A stretch of DNA of 64,000 nucleotides, taken from positions 163,002 through 227,001 of the forward strand of contig JAZNMN010000017.1 in assembly GCA_045579625.1 (NCBI GenBank), given 5' to 3'. The translations under genes were made by a program, and so were the position numbers. How positions within the stretch are numbered: the first letter of the stretch is position 1; each line of letters opens with the position of its first letter. Of this stretch, positions 1 through 8,888 are shown one piece after another. This stretch comes from Ruminiclostridium sp. Its GTDB lineage: Bacteria > Bacillota > Clostridia > Oscillospirales > Ruminococcaceae. The notes beneath the pieces were generated by a model, which was not told the DNA's origin, did not search any database, and worked only from the letters and a program-made list of their open reading frames with translations.

Positions 1-1
1 G

Positions 2-301
2 TATTCAGAGGAGATTATTGATATATTTAAAGAGCTTCGCAGTCTGATTTTCGAAAGCGTATCGGCTGACCTTACAGAAACAATGTGGGCTAAGCTTCCC
101 AGCTATTATAACGGTGAGAAGCTTGTAAGGCTGATACCCTTCAAGGATCACATAAATATAGAAGCGACAGCAATAACACCGCACAAAAGCGAACTGCAGG
201 GTTACAAAATCACCCCGAAGGGAATGCTTCAGATTTATATAGGGCAGGAACTGCCGAAAGAAGCTTTACAGCGGATTTTTACCGAAACGTTAGGAGAATA
301 G
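2..301 (+). CDS. DUF1801/YdhG-like protein, 5' truncated by window edge
   Basis: Frame is open from base 2 (YSEEIIDIFKELRSLIFESVSADLTETMWAKLPSYY...), so the track ATG at 83 is probably internal. The 'LR.LI...W..PSY' pattern fits DUF1801. Confidence 0.6.
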   Translation, partial: YSEEIIDIFKELRSLIFESVSADLTETMWAKLPSYYNGEKLVRLIPFKDHINIEATAITPHKSELQGYKITPKGMLQIYIGQELPKEALQRIFTETLGE

Positions 302-302
302 T

Positions 303-620
303 ATGTCAACCACGATGGAATATCTCGGCTTTATACTTGAACAGCTTTCATCTGTCGACGGAATTACTCACCGACAGATGATGGGGGAGTATATAATTTA
401 CCATAACGGTAAAATTGCGGCTTATATTTGCGACGACCGCTTGCTTGTAAAGCCTGTGCCGAGCGCAGTAAGACTTATGCCGAATGCTGTTTACGAGCCT
501 CCCTACGAAGGCGCAAAGGATATGCTGCTTGTTGAGAATGTAGATGACAGGGAGTTTCTTAAAAAGCTATTTGAAGAAATGTACGAAGAATTACCCGAAC
601 CGAAAAGGAAGAAAAAATGA
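303..620 (+). CDS. TfoX N-terminal domain protein
   Basis: MSTTMEYLGFILEQLS...RQMMGEYIIY...DDRLLVKP...PYEGAKDML is the typical TfoX/Sxy-N pattern. Confidence 0.85.
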   Translation: MSTTMEYLGFILEQLSSVDGITHRQMMGEYIIYHNGKIAAYICDDRLLVKPVPSAVRLMPNAVYEPPYEGAKDMLLVENVDDREFLKKLFEEMYEELPEPKRKKK

Positions 621-982
621 TGAATGATTTAATTTATGAGCTTGAAAACAGAATGTGGCAGGCGGCTAAAAGCGGCAATAAAGCCGATTTTTCCGAGATT
701 GTTTCCGCTGATGCGGTAATGGTCTGCGGCGGATATCGCTGTACAGGTGCGGAATATGCCGAATTTATCGGAGGTTTCGGAATATCGGAATATTCGATAT
801 CAGATTTTGAAATTGTACATAAAACCGATAAAGCTGTACAAGTCCACTATATTGTTAAAACTACTGCAGATTCTCCCAAAAATGCCGATCTTGCAGGCAT
901 ATTCCACGTTACCTCAACCTGGGAAAACAGCGGGAATGAATGGAAGCTTGTGTTCAATATGGATTCGAGAATTATGGAGTGA
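617..982 (+). CDS. DUF4440 / NTF2-like (SnoaL-fold) protein
   Basis: 121 aa; LE..MW.A...G N-terminus and STW....EWKLVF C-terminus typical of DUF4440. Overlaps the upstream stop. Confidence 0.75.
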   Translation: MMNDLIYELENRMWQAAKSGNKADFSEIVSADAVMVCGGYRCTGAEYAEFIGGFGISEYSISDFEIVHKTDKAVQVHYIVKTTADSPKNADLAGIFHVTSTWENSGNEWKLVFNMDSRIME

Positions 983-985
983 AAT

Positions 986-1864
986 ATGGAGTACAGATTT
1001 TGCAATTTTAATGATTCCTGTTACGAAGAAATACGTCAGTTCTTAATCGGGTTATCCAACGAAAGCCGAACTCATATAAACTGGAATTGGGCAAGATGGG
1101 AGTGGATGTATTTTCATCCCGATTTTGACAGCAGTATTTCAGAGAAAATCGGAATGTGGTATTGTAATGATAAGATAATCGGTACTGCGATATACGATCA
1201 TTACCTGGGAGAAGCGTTTTTTGCCGTAAGAAAAGGTTATGAAGAGCTGAAAAAAGAAATTATATACTATATGATCGAGAACTTTGCGGATGAAAACGGA
1301 TTAGGTATTGCAGTAAATGATGACGATAATGAAACTGTTGACCTGATGTTATCCTTCGGTTTTTCACCCTGTGAACAGTCAGAGAACATACTTGCTCTGC
1401 CGCTTGATGAAGCGGATTTCAGCTTTAATATTAGCGATAATATAAAGCTTTGCTGTCTTGATGTGAAAAACGACCTGAACAGGCATCACAGGCTTCTTTG
1501 GAAGGGCTTCGACCATAATGGCGAGCCGCCTATGGATAAGGAAACGCTCGAAAAACAAAGCAGGATGCTGTCAGCTTACAATCTTAATACACAGCTTCAT
1601 ATTATCGCAGAAAACGAAGACTCGGAATACGTTGCATACTGTGGTCTATGGTATGATAATACAACAGATTATGTCTACGTTGAACCTGTTTGTACTATTC
1701 CTGAATATCGCGGTAAAGGACTTGCAAAGACTGTTCTTAAAGAAGCTCTTAGGAGAGCGTATAATATGGGAGCGAAAACCGCTTATGTAATATCAGATTC
1801 TGAGTTTTATAAGCGTTTAGGCTTCAGACGACATTCTCACTATACATTTTATTGGAAGAAATAA
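986..1864 (+). CDS. GNAT family N-acetyltransferase
   Basis: C-terminal acetyl-CoA motif A VCTIPEYRGKGLAK and motif B FYKRLGF; GGAG RBS. Confidence 0.85.
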   Translation: MEYRFCNFNDSCYEEIRQFLIGLSNESRTHINWNWARWEWMYFHPDFDSSISEKIGMWYCNDKIIGTAIYDHYLGEAFFAVRKGYEELKKEIIYYMIENFADENGLGIAVNDDDNETVDLMLSFGFSPCEQSENILALPLDEADFSFNISDNIKLCCLDVKNDLNRHHRLLWKGFDHNGEPPMDKETLEKQSRMLSAYNLNTQLHIIAENEDSEYVAYCGLWYDNTTDYVYVEPVCTIPEYRGKGLAKTVLKEALRRAYNMGAKTAYVISDSEFYKRLGFRRHSHYTFYWKK

Positions 1865-1889
1865 TTATTTGCTTCGGAAGGAGTGAAAT

Positions 1890-2189
1890 ATGAAAGAAAT
1901 ACTTAAAAACTTTCTTGATTCGGAGGGCAGGCTTACTGCCTATCCGTCGAAAAGAAAAATGAAGCTTTGCGCTTTGATTTATATTGCGGAGAAAATCGAA
2001 AAGGACAGAACTTTTACCGAAAAGGAGATAAATGCGGTTCTGAACAGCCTTCACACCTTTAATGACCCTGCAACGCTCAGGCGAGAGCTTTATACCCACA
2101 GATTCCTTGACCGTGATTCCTACGGAAAGGAGTACAGAATGGAAGAAAATCAGCCTACTTTGGAGGAGCTTGAAAAAAGATACGGCTGA
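1890..2189 (+). CDS. DUF2087 domain protein
   Basis: FLD.EGRL..YPSKRK...F.EKEIN..L...DPATLRRELY...FLDR pattern. Confidence 0.85.
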   Translation: MKEILKNFLDSEGRLTAYPSKRKMKLCALIYIAEKIEKDRTFTEKEINAVLNSLHTFNDPATLRRELYTHRFLDRDSYGKEYRMEENQPTLEELEKRYG

Positions 2190-2233
2190 GAAAAATTTGC
2201 TCAGCAAATATAAACGCTGAAAGGAGTGATTTT

Positions 2234-3025
2234 TTGAAGCGGCTTTATATTGTGGAAGGCTTGCCCTGTTCGGGGAAAAGCACTGTTTCTGCGTTTTTGG
2301 CCGAGGAGCTTAATAAGAGTTACGATGTCTGCTTTGTTGACGAGGGAACAGGAGAACACCCAGCAGACTATGAATTTCATTCATTTATATCCGAATCGGA
2401 TTTATCCTCCTTCGGCAGAACTGAACAAGCGGAAATTATTTCGGTCTCAGAAAAGCTTTACGGCGGATATATAATCCCGTTAAAATGCTTCAGCGGTAAT
2501 ATGTTTGATAGATTACTCCCACATAAAATATATGATTTTCTGCCTTGGGAAACGGAAAAGCCTATTATGCTCGAGAAATGGGAAAGTTTTGCAGAATATT
2601 CTGTTACAAATACAGTTTATGTATTCAACTGCGTTTTTCTGCAGAATCCTATGTGCGAAACTATGATGCGCTTTGGTTTTTCACAAGAAAAATCAAAGGA
2701 ATACATATCCCGTATTGCCGAAATAATAAAGCCCCTTAACCCCGTTATAATCTATCTTAAAAATAATGATATCCGAAGCTCGGTTGAAAAGACTTCAATG
2801 GAGCGTGAGGGCTGGCTCGACGCAGTTATTGATTATCATATAAACGGAGCCTACGGAAAAAGTATAAATGCAGAAGGCTTACAGGGGTATATATCCTGCC
2901 TTCAGGAAAGACAGAAAAGAGAGCTCGATATTCTTTCGGCTCTCGATATCGAAAGCGTTGTGCTCGATAATCCTCAGAGGGACTGGAATAGCGCTTATGA
3001 GGATATAAGGAAGCTCTTATTTTAA
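2234..3025 (+). CDS. P-loop NTPase / kinase-like protein of unknown substrate
   Basis: TTG start after AAGGAG; N-terminal Walker A EGLPCSGKST. Confidence 0.65.
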   Translation: MKRLYIVEGLPCSGKSTVSAFLAEELNKSYDVCFVDEGTGEHPADYEFHSFISESDLSSFGRTEQAEIISVSEKLYGGYIIPLKCFSGNMFDRLLPHKIYDFLPWETEKPIMLEKWESFAEYSVTNTVYVFNCVFLQNPMCETMMRFGFSQEKSKEYISRIAEIIKPLNPVIIYLKNNDIRSSVEKTSMEREGWLDAVIDYHINGAYGKSINAEGLQGYISCLQERQKRELDILSALDIESVVLDNPQRDWNSAYEDIRKLLF

Positions 3026-3040
3026 AAAGGAGGAACAATT

Positions 3041-3442
3041 ATGAGATTAGACGGTTTTGGCTTAATGGTAAATGATATGGCGGCTATGATACGCTTTTAC
3101 CGCGATGTGCTTGGCTTTGAAATAAAAGAGGGCGAGGATACCTCGAACGTGTATCTTATAAAGGATGGTACGCTTTTCCTTTTATACGGCAGAAATGATT
3201 TTGAAAAAATGACAAGCCGTAAATACGAATATGTAAAGGGGCTTAACGGCCATTTTGAAATAGCGCTTTATGTAGATACCTTCGATGAGGTAGATAAGAC
3301 CTATGATGAGGTAATTTCCAAGGGCGCCGTTTCAGTTCTTGCGCCCGAAACAGAACCCTGGGGTCAGAGAACCTGTTACATAGCCGACCCCGAAGGAAAT
3401 CTTATAGAAATAGGCTCGTTCAACAAGCCATTTGAAAGATAA
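3041..3442 (+). CDS. VOC / glyoxalase-bleomycin resistance family protein
   Basis: V.DM.....FYRDVLGF and PWGQRTCYIADPEGNLIEI motifs. Confidence 0.9.
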   Translation: MRLDGFGLMVNDMAAMIRFYRDVLGFEIKEGEDTSNVYLIKDGTLFLLYGRNDFEKMTSRKYEYVKGLNGHFEIALYVDTFDEVDKTYDEVISKGAVSVLAPETEPWGQRTCYIADPEGNLIEIGSFNKPFER

Positions 3443-3456
3443 AGGAGTTATTATAA

Positions 3457-3894
3457 ATGATAAGAAAAATGCAGAAGGCTGATATTTCAGCCTGTGCGGA
3501 AATTCTCTGTGCAGTATACAACAACGAAATGTGGCAGTGCCGTTGGACTATCGAAACAGGCGCAGCATATTTGAAGGATTACTATGAGGCAGGAAAATTC
3601 GTTGGATTTGTACTGGAAGAAGTGGGAAGGGTAGAAGGCGCTTTATTCGCTCACGAAAAAATCTGGTGGAACAACAGTGAGCTGTTCATTGATGAAATGT
3701 TCGTAAAGCCCGAAAACCAAAGGAAGGGTTACGGCAGTATGCTTATAAGAGCAGCCGAAGAATATGTAAAGGAGCATAAGCTCGCAGGCCTTACGCTTTC
3801 TACAAACAAGTATGCTCCTGCACCTAATTTCTACCGTAAAAACGGATTTAACGACAATGAGGTCATTATGTTTATGTATAAGGAGAATTTATGA
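3457..3894 (+). CDS. GNAT family N-acetyltransferase
   Basis: VKPENQRKGYGSMLI (motif A) and FYRKNGF. Confidence 0.9.
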   Translation: MIRKMQKADISACAEILCAVYNNEMWQCRWTIETGAAYLKDYYEAGKFVGFVLEEVGRVEGALFAHEKIWWNNSELFIDEMFVKPENQRKGYGSMLIRAAEEYVKEHKLAGLTLSTNKYAPAPNFYRKNGFNDNEVIMFMYKENL

Positions 3895-4457
3895 GAAGCG
3901 ATATTACAATAAGACCCGAGACGACCAAGGATTATAAAGAGATTATTTCGCTTGTTTTACGCTCCTTCAGCGAAGGAACAGACTATTCCGACGGAAGCGA
4001 CATTATCGCTCTTATAGAGGAAATAAGGATGTCGGAGTATTATATTCCCGAGCTTTCCTTTGTTGCTGAGCTTGAGGGGAAAATAGTAGGACACTTCCTT
4101 TTTTCGAAATTTCCTCTTTCCGAAAAGCCCGAGGGCGGACATATAAACGACGGAAGTATAGCTATGCTTGCGCCCGTTTCGGTGCACGCCGATTATTTTC
4201 ACAAGCATATAGGCATAACAATGCTTAAGCTCGGAATCGAAGAGGTTAAAAAATACGGCTTCAAGGGTATAAATGTTGAGGGCGATTATCACTTTTACAA
4301 CCGCGTAGGCTTTAAAACCTCTTCGGAATACAATATCCTTCCTACAAGCGGTTTTCCTATGAAGGAGCCGAGATGTATGATGTGTATGGAGACCTCGGAA
4401 GGCTCCCTTAAGGATATAAGCGGATATGTGGTTTACGATATGTATTATAATGCTTAA
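3891..4457 (+). CDS. GNAT family N-acetyltransferase (YhbS-like)
   Basis: IRPET..DY, PELSFVAE..GKIVGH, LAPVSV, GD..FYNRVGF; ATGA overlap with upstream gene. Confidence 0.85.
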   Translation: MRSDITIRPETTKDYKEIISLVLRSFSEGTDYSDGSDIIALIEEIRMSEYYIPELSFVAELEGKIVGHFLFSKFPLSEKPEGGHINDGSIAMLAPVSVHADYFHKHIGITMLKLGIEEVKKYGFKGINVEGDYHFYNRVGFKTSSEYNILPTSGFPMKEPRCMMCMETSEGSLKDISGYVVYDMYYNA

Positions 4458-4472
4458 GCGAAAGGTGAAAAT

Positions 4473-4817
4473 ATGAAGGCAGTAAATTTACTTAACGAAG
4501 TTAATGCAGTAGAAAAGCTTTATGTCTATGAGAAAATCGGAAGACTCAACGGAAATGTTCTAAGCGTTGTTAATGTTGAAAACAGGACTCTTGATTTTCA
4601 CGTACACGAGAATTCCGATGAGCTTTTCTATGTAATCGAAGGAGAATTCAATCTCGAAACGGAAGAGGGGCTTATTCCCGTAAAAAGCGGTGAATTCATT
4701 ATTGTACCTAAGGGAACGAGACACCGCCCTGTAGTAACCGCCCTCACAAAGTTTCTGATGATTGAAATGGACGGTACGCTGAATAAGGAAAACAGCGGCG
4801 ATTTATATGAGGACTAA
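4473..4817 (+). CDS. Cupin domain protein
   Basis: FHVHENSDELFYVIEG and GEFIIVPKGTRHRP cupin motifs. Confidence 0.9.
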   Translation: MKAVNLLNEVNAVEKLYVYEKIGRLNGNVLSVVNVENRTLDFHVHENSDELFYVIEGEFNLETEEGLIPVKSGEFIIVPKGTRHRPVVTALTKFLMIEMDGTLNKENSGDLYED

Positions 4818-4826
4818 ATAATACCA

Positions 4827-5879
4827 ATGAATGAAGTTATGAAAAAATATGGTCTTAACGACCGATTCTATGCTCTTTCAACTATGTATGAAGGCTTGTC
4901 GGTGGGCAGGGTAATTCTCCAGGAAAAGGGCATATATAAGATAGTAACGGAAGAGTGCGAAAAGCTTGCCGAGGTATCGGGAAAATTCCGATACAACGCA
5001 AAAACAGTATCAGATTTTCCGACTGTAGGAGATTTTGTAATGGTTGATGCGAATGAAACAGGCGGAAATGCGGTAATTCATCATATTCTTAACCGAAAAA
5101 GCAGCTTCATCCGCAAGGCGGCCGGCACAGAAAGACAGGAACAGATTGTAGCGGCAAATATAGACACGCTCTTTTTATGTATGGCTCTTAACAACGATTA
5201 TAATTTACGTAGAATGGAGCGTTATCTTTCTATCGCCTGGGACAGCGGCGCAAAACCTGTAATAGTACTTACAAAATCCGATTTATGCGAGAATTTGAGC
5301 AAGAAGGTCAATGAGCTCGAATCAATTACGATCGGCGTAGATATTATCGTAACAACAGCTATGGAAACGGAGGGCTGTAAAAAGCTTACTCAATACCTCA
5401 AGGATGGCGAAACCGTAGCTTTTATAGGCTCTTCGGGCGTCGGAAAATCCACCCTTATAAATCGGCTTATCGGAGAAGATTTACTTGAAACGAACGGGCT
5501 TCGAAATGATGATAAGGGTCGCCATACCACAACCCACAGGGAATTGCTTCTGCTTCCCGGGGGCGGAGCGGTAATCGATACGCCCGGAATGCGTGAGCTG
5601 GGAATGTGGGATTCATCAGAGGGCGTTAATCGTACCTTTTCCGATATCGAAGTCCTTACTTCTCTTTGTAAATTCAGTAACTGCACTCACGGAAATGAAA
5701 AGGGATGTGCAGTAAGGGCGGCGATAGAAAGTGGCGAGCTTTCCGAAGAACGTCTTATTTCTTACAATAAGCTGAAAAATGAGCTTTCCTACGCTGAAGA
5801 CAGCGAGAGCTATCTTACTGCCAAAAGGCAGAAATTCAAGGAAATAGCCAAGTATAATAAAAACAATCGAAAAAGATAA
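4827..5879 (+). CDS. rsgA: Ribosome small subunit-dependent GTPase A (long, accessory-type copy)
   Basis: Circularly permuted GTPase motifs TKSD, GSSGVGKSTL, GRHTTT, DTPG, and Zn-finger CKFSNCTHGNEKGC. Confidence 0.9.
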   Translation: MNEVMKKYGLNDRFYALSTMYEGLSVGRVILQEKGIYKIVTEECEKLAEVSGKFRYNAKTVSDFPTVGDFVMVDANETGGNAVIHHILNRKSSFIRKAAGTERQEQIVAANIDTLFLCMALNNDYNLRRMERYLSIAWDSGAKPVIVLTKSDLCENLSKKVNELESITIGVDIIVTTAMETEGCKKLTQYLKDGETVAFIGSSGVGKSTLINRLIGEDLLETNGLRNDDKGRHTTTHRELLLLPGGGAVIDTPGMRELGMWDSSEGVNRTFSDIEVLTSLCKFSNCTHGNEKGCAVRAAIESGELSEERLISYNKLKNELSYAEDSESYLTAKRQKFKEIAKYNKNNRKR

Positions 5880-5895
5880 AAGGCTTGAATACAGC

Positions 5896-5936
5896 AAAAA
5901 ACCCTGCTTTGGAACACAAAGCAGGGTAATTTTTTT
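5896..5936. terminator. Bidirectional intrinsic terminator
   Basis: Perfect 11-bp stem ACCCTGCTTTG/CAAAGCAGGGT with an A-tract before and a T-tract after, between convergent genes. Confidence 0.85.
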
Positions 5937-6013
5937 CAGTCTTTACTTATAAGCCCGATTTATTGCAGTCAAGACCCGACAGTCCTTTCACAGTATGTAC
6001 AAGGAGACGGTTA

Positions 6014-6226
6014 TCAGAAATCAATCTTATTGACGTCGGAATTAGCGAGAAGCACTTCCTTCTTAGGTATACGCATAAGGGGATTATAGGTAAATTTCTT
6101 GCAAGCGTCATAGGGCTTTACAGAGCCAAACTTGCTGCAGTCATATTTTTCGTTATCCAAAGGGGTACAAAGAAGGCAGTATTTGCACGCAGGCTTGATA
6201 TTGTTACCAAAAAGCTTCTTTTTCAT
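6014..6226 (-). CDS. Small Cys-rich hypothetical protein (70 aa)
   Basis: ATG at 6226 has an AGGAGG RBS, so the track start at 6268 is probably too long. Contains CKYCLLC...C...C. Confidence 0.7.
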   Translation of the reverse strand: MKKKLFGNNIKPACKYCLLCTPLDNEKYDCSKFGSVKPYDACKKFTYNPLMRIPKKEVLLANSDVNKIDF

Positions 6227-6284
6227 ATTATAACCTCCTGAAAGTATTACTTTTAATAAGTATATCATAAATTACAATAAATTT

Positions 6285-7319
6285 CTATAGTTTTTTTAAA
6301 ATTTTTTCACTTTTTAAAAAAATAATTGTACACATCACAATAAGAAGTATAACAACCGTCTTATCCTGATTAAGGGTATATATGTAATTCATTGAGCCCG
6401 AGGAGGTCTTTACGGTAATTTCCCAGAAGCTCATTATAATAACCGTTATAATGTAGCTTAAAACCGCACAGACGGCTCTGCCTGCAAAGAAATACTTAAG
6501 CGGAAAGCTTTTTCCCGAAACAGAAACGCATTGTAAAAGCACGCAGATACCGCCGAAAGAGGAAATTGAGGAAATAAGCGGCAGTATTTCAGGCGACGGC
6601 CCTTCAAGCCTTATAAGGTTACTTATCTCCGCCATCCCCTTTATAACAGGGGACAGAGTAATTCCGAATTCAAATAAAAGGCTCTCGCTTACCGATAAAG
6701 CCGAATTAAAGCAAATTATTATGGCTGAAATCATAAGAAGGGCTTTCGAAGCGCTGTTTATAGAATAGACCATTCCTTTATCCTGCAGGGGGAGCGGAGC
6801 GAGAGGTATTTCCTTTATTTTTCTTGAGCAGAATACTGCAGTAATAAAGCAAGCAAGCACATTAGATATATAGACTATAATTCCTGCGTCGGCACAGCCA
6901 TATATTCCATAGCCTATAATATTCACAGCGAAAACAGGGGATACGCAATATGAGAAAACAGACATAACTGCGCTTATTTCGGAATAATTTTTATTTTCCG
7001 CAGTTTTTTCCTGTAAAAGCTTGATTCCTGTAGGATATCCGCCTATAAGACTTAGAACGAAAATTGTAAACATCTCCTTATCAAGCTTTATTATCGGTCT
7101 TAACAGCTTATAAAGAGGTGTAATAAATACGTTATATATCTTCTTATATATGATATAGGAAGAAAGCACCATAAATACAAACATTGAAGGGATTATTACT
7201 GTCAGACATACGTTTATACTTGTGGATATACTTTCCGCCATAACCTTCGGGTATATTATAAACAGAACAAGCAGTATCAGAGTAAAAATAACTTTTATTG
7301 CGGCTTTTATTTTATTCAT
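6285..7319 (-). CDS. YlbJ-like sporulation integral membrane protein (nucleoside-recognition/Gate domain)
   Basis: Multi-TM; VIIPSMF.F and SLIGGYP.G motifs; divergent from yqfC-yqfD. Confidence 0.7.
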   Translation of the reverse strand: MNKIKAAIKVIFTLILLVLFIIYPKVMAESISTSINVCLTVIIPSMFVFMVLSSYIIYKKIYNVFITPLYKLLRPIIKLDKEMFTIFVLSLIGGYPTGIKLLQEKTAENKNYSEISAVMSVFSYCVSPVFAVNIIGYGIYGCADAGIIVYISNVLACFITAVFCSRKIKEIPLAPLPLQDKGMVYSINSASKALLMISAIIICFNSALSVSESLLFEFGITLSPVIKGMAEISNLIRLEGPSPEILPLISSISSFGGICVLLQCVSVSGKSFPLKYFFAGRAVCAVLSYIITVIIMSFWEITVKTSSGSMNYIYTLNQDKTVVILLIVMCTIIFLKSEKILKKL

Positions 7320-7385
7320 TATCTGTTCCTCGTTATGAATTTTTATTTTTTCCTTTTCATATTATATTAACGGGAGTGTGATAAA

Positions 7386-7661
7386 ATGAATTATTATGAC
7401 CTGGCGAACAAGTACGAGAAACTGAAAAAGGATATGAACAGGCATTCCTCCGTTGAAATAACCGACAACAGGACTATTAAGGTGGAGAACTGCCGTTCGG
7501 TGGATTTTTTCGACGAGAACAGAATTGTGCTTATGCTTTTCGACTGCAGTATTACAATTACAGGCCTTGATCTTGAAATGAGTAATTACAGCTACAGCAG
7601 TATTTACATAAAAGGGAAGCTTCATTCTATAGAATTTAACGAGGTGACAGAGAAAAAATGA
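7386..7661 (+). CDS. yqfC: YabP/YqfC family sporulation protein
   Basis: VEN....FDEN.I.L......ITG.DL...I.IKG....IEF pattern; directly upstream of yqfD. Confidence 0.75.
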   Translation: MNYYDLANKYEKLKKDMNRHSSVEITDNRTIKVENCRSVDFFDENRIVLMLFDCSITITGLDLEMSNYSYSSIYIKGKLHSIEFNEVTEKK

Positions 7662-8866
7662 TGACTTTTACAGGAAAGGTTGTAATAAGTATAATCGGAG
7701 CTTATTGTGAGGAATTTATAAACGAGCTTTTCAGAAGAAAACTACAGCTTCGTAGCATAAAGAAAATCGACGGAATAATTTACGCTACGGTAAGAAGGTC
7801 GGATTATAAGGCAATAGCTTCCTTAGCGGGAGATTACTGCGTAAGAGTAAGGGTATTCAAGAAAAAAGGACTTTATTTCAGGCTTTACAAATACAGGAAA
7901 AGAACAGGCGTCCTCGCAGGGCTTATTTTCACCTGTATTGCGATACTTATACTGCAGAAATATATCTGGCATATTGAAATACATAACAATAACAGGATTA
8001 CCGACGCACAGCTTCTTTCACAGCTGGAAAAAAACGGAATAACCCTGGGATGTCTTTCAGAGAATATGAATACTTCAAAGGCTGAGCTTAAGCTGAAAAG
8101 GGAATTTGACGATATCGGCTGGATAAATATTGAAATAAACGGAAGCAGGATTGACGTATATATGAGCGAAGCGCAGTTCGCCGAGGAGCCCGAGGTAGAC
8201 CTGAAAACGCCCTGTAATGTTATTTCGGAAAAGGACGCCGTTATAGTAGAAACCGAGGTATATTCGGGTAAGCTTCTTCATACGAAGGGAAGCGGTATAG
8301 CTAAGGGAAGCGTTATCGTGAGCGGAACTATCGACGACGGCTCGGGGAATATACTGCTTTCACATTCAAGCGGTAAGATTATAGGTGAATTTACCGAAAA
8401 GCTTGATATATATATGCCTTTTACGACAGTAGAAAAAGAGCTTACGGGAAATACCGAAACAGAAAAACAGCTTATGGTATTCGGCTTTAACTTCCGACTT
8501 TACGATGAGCCCGTTTCGAGAGAAAATAAGATATGCAGGGAAGAGATAGAGAATTTCAGCTTTTTCGGTATGCAGCTTCCCTGGAGAATAAAATCCTCTA
8601 CCTTTGACGAATACAGAGAAATAACCGTAACAAGAACAGATAAGGATGTGATAAGGCTTCTTGAGCAGCAGGTTGAATTATACTGCAACGATATATACCG
8701 TGATTATGAGCTTATCGATACCGAAAAAAGCTTTTTCAGAGACGAGTCGGGTATCAGGCTTAATGCAGAATTAAAATTCAGAGGAGATATCGGAAAACAG
8801 CAGATAATTTATACAAAACAGGGTTTGACAACCGAAGCTGATAGTAGTATAGTAGATAATAGTTAG
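7658..8866 (+). CDS. yqfD: Stage IV sporulation protein YqfD
   Basis: 402 aa, one TM after 'KKGLYF', PCNVISEKDAVI and V..G..IVSG motifs; follows yqfC. Confidence 0.8.
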   Translation: MMTFTGKVVISIIGAYCEEFINELFRRKLQLRSIKKIDGIIYATVRRSDYKAIASLAGDYCVRVRVFKKKGLYFRLYKYRKRTGVLAGLIFTCIAILILQKYIWHIEIHNNNRITDAQLLSQLEKNGITLGCLSENMNTSKAELKLKREFDDIGWINIEINGSRIDVYMSEAQFAEEPEVDLKTPCNVISEKDAVIVETEVYSGKLLHTKGSGIAKGSVIVSGTIDDGSGNILLSHSSGKIIGEFTEKLDIYMPFTTVEKELTGNTETEKQLMVFGFNFRLYDEPVSRENKICREEIENFSFFGMQLPWRIKSSTFDEYREITVTRTDKDVIRLLEQQVELYCNDIYRDYELIDTEKSFFRDESGIRLNAELKFRGDIGKQQIIYTKQGLTTEADSSIVDNS

Positions 8867-8888
8867 TCAAAAGGAGTTGGTTGTAGCT

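Noticed and set aside
747-1046. 99-aa alternative-frame ORF spanning DUF4440 and GNAT
   Set aside because: Overlaps two better-supported genes on the same strand and has no RBS or motif.
1-5879. Integron cassette array with attC sites
   Set aside because: Spacers are 44 nt or shorter and mostly just an RBS; I saw no RYYYAAC...GTTRRRY bounded hairpins and no adjacent integrase.
7320-7385. SigE promoters for ylbJ/yqfC
   Set aside because: A CATATTAT -10-like element is present, but I could not place a correctly spaced -35, so it is not listed as a feature.
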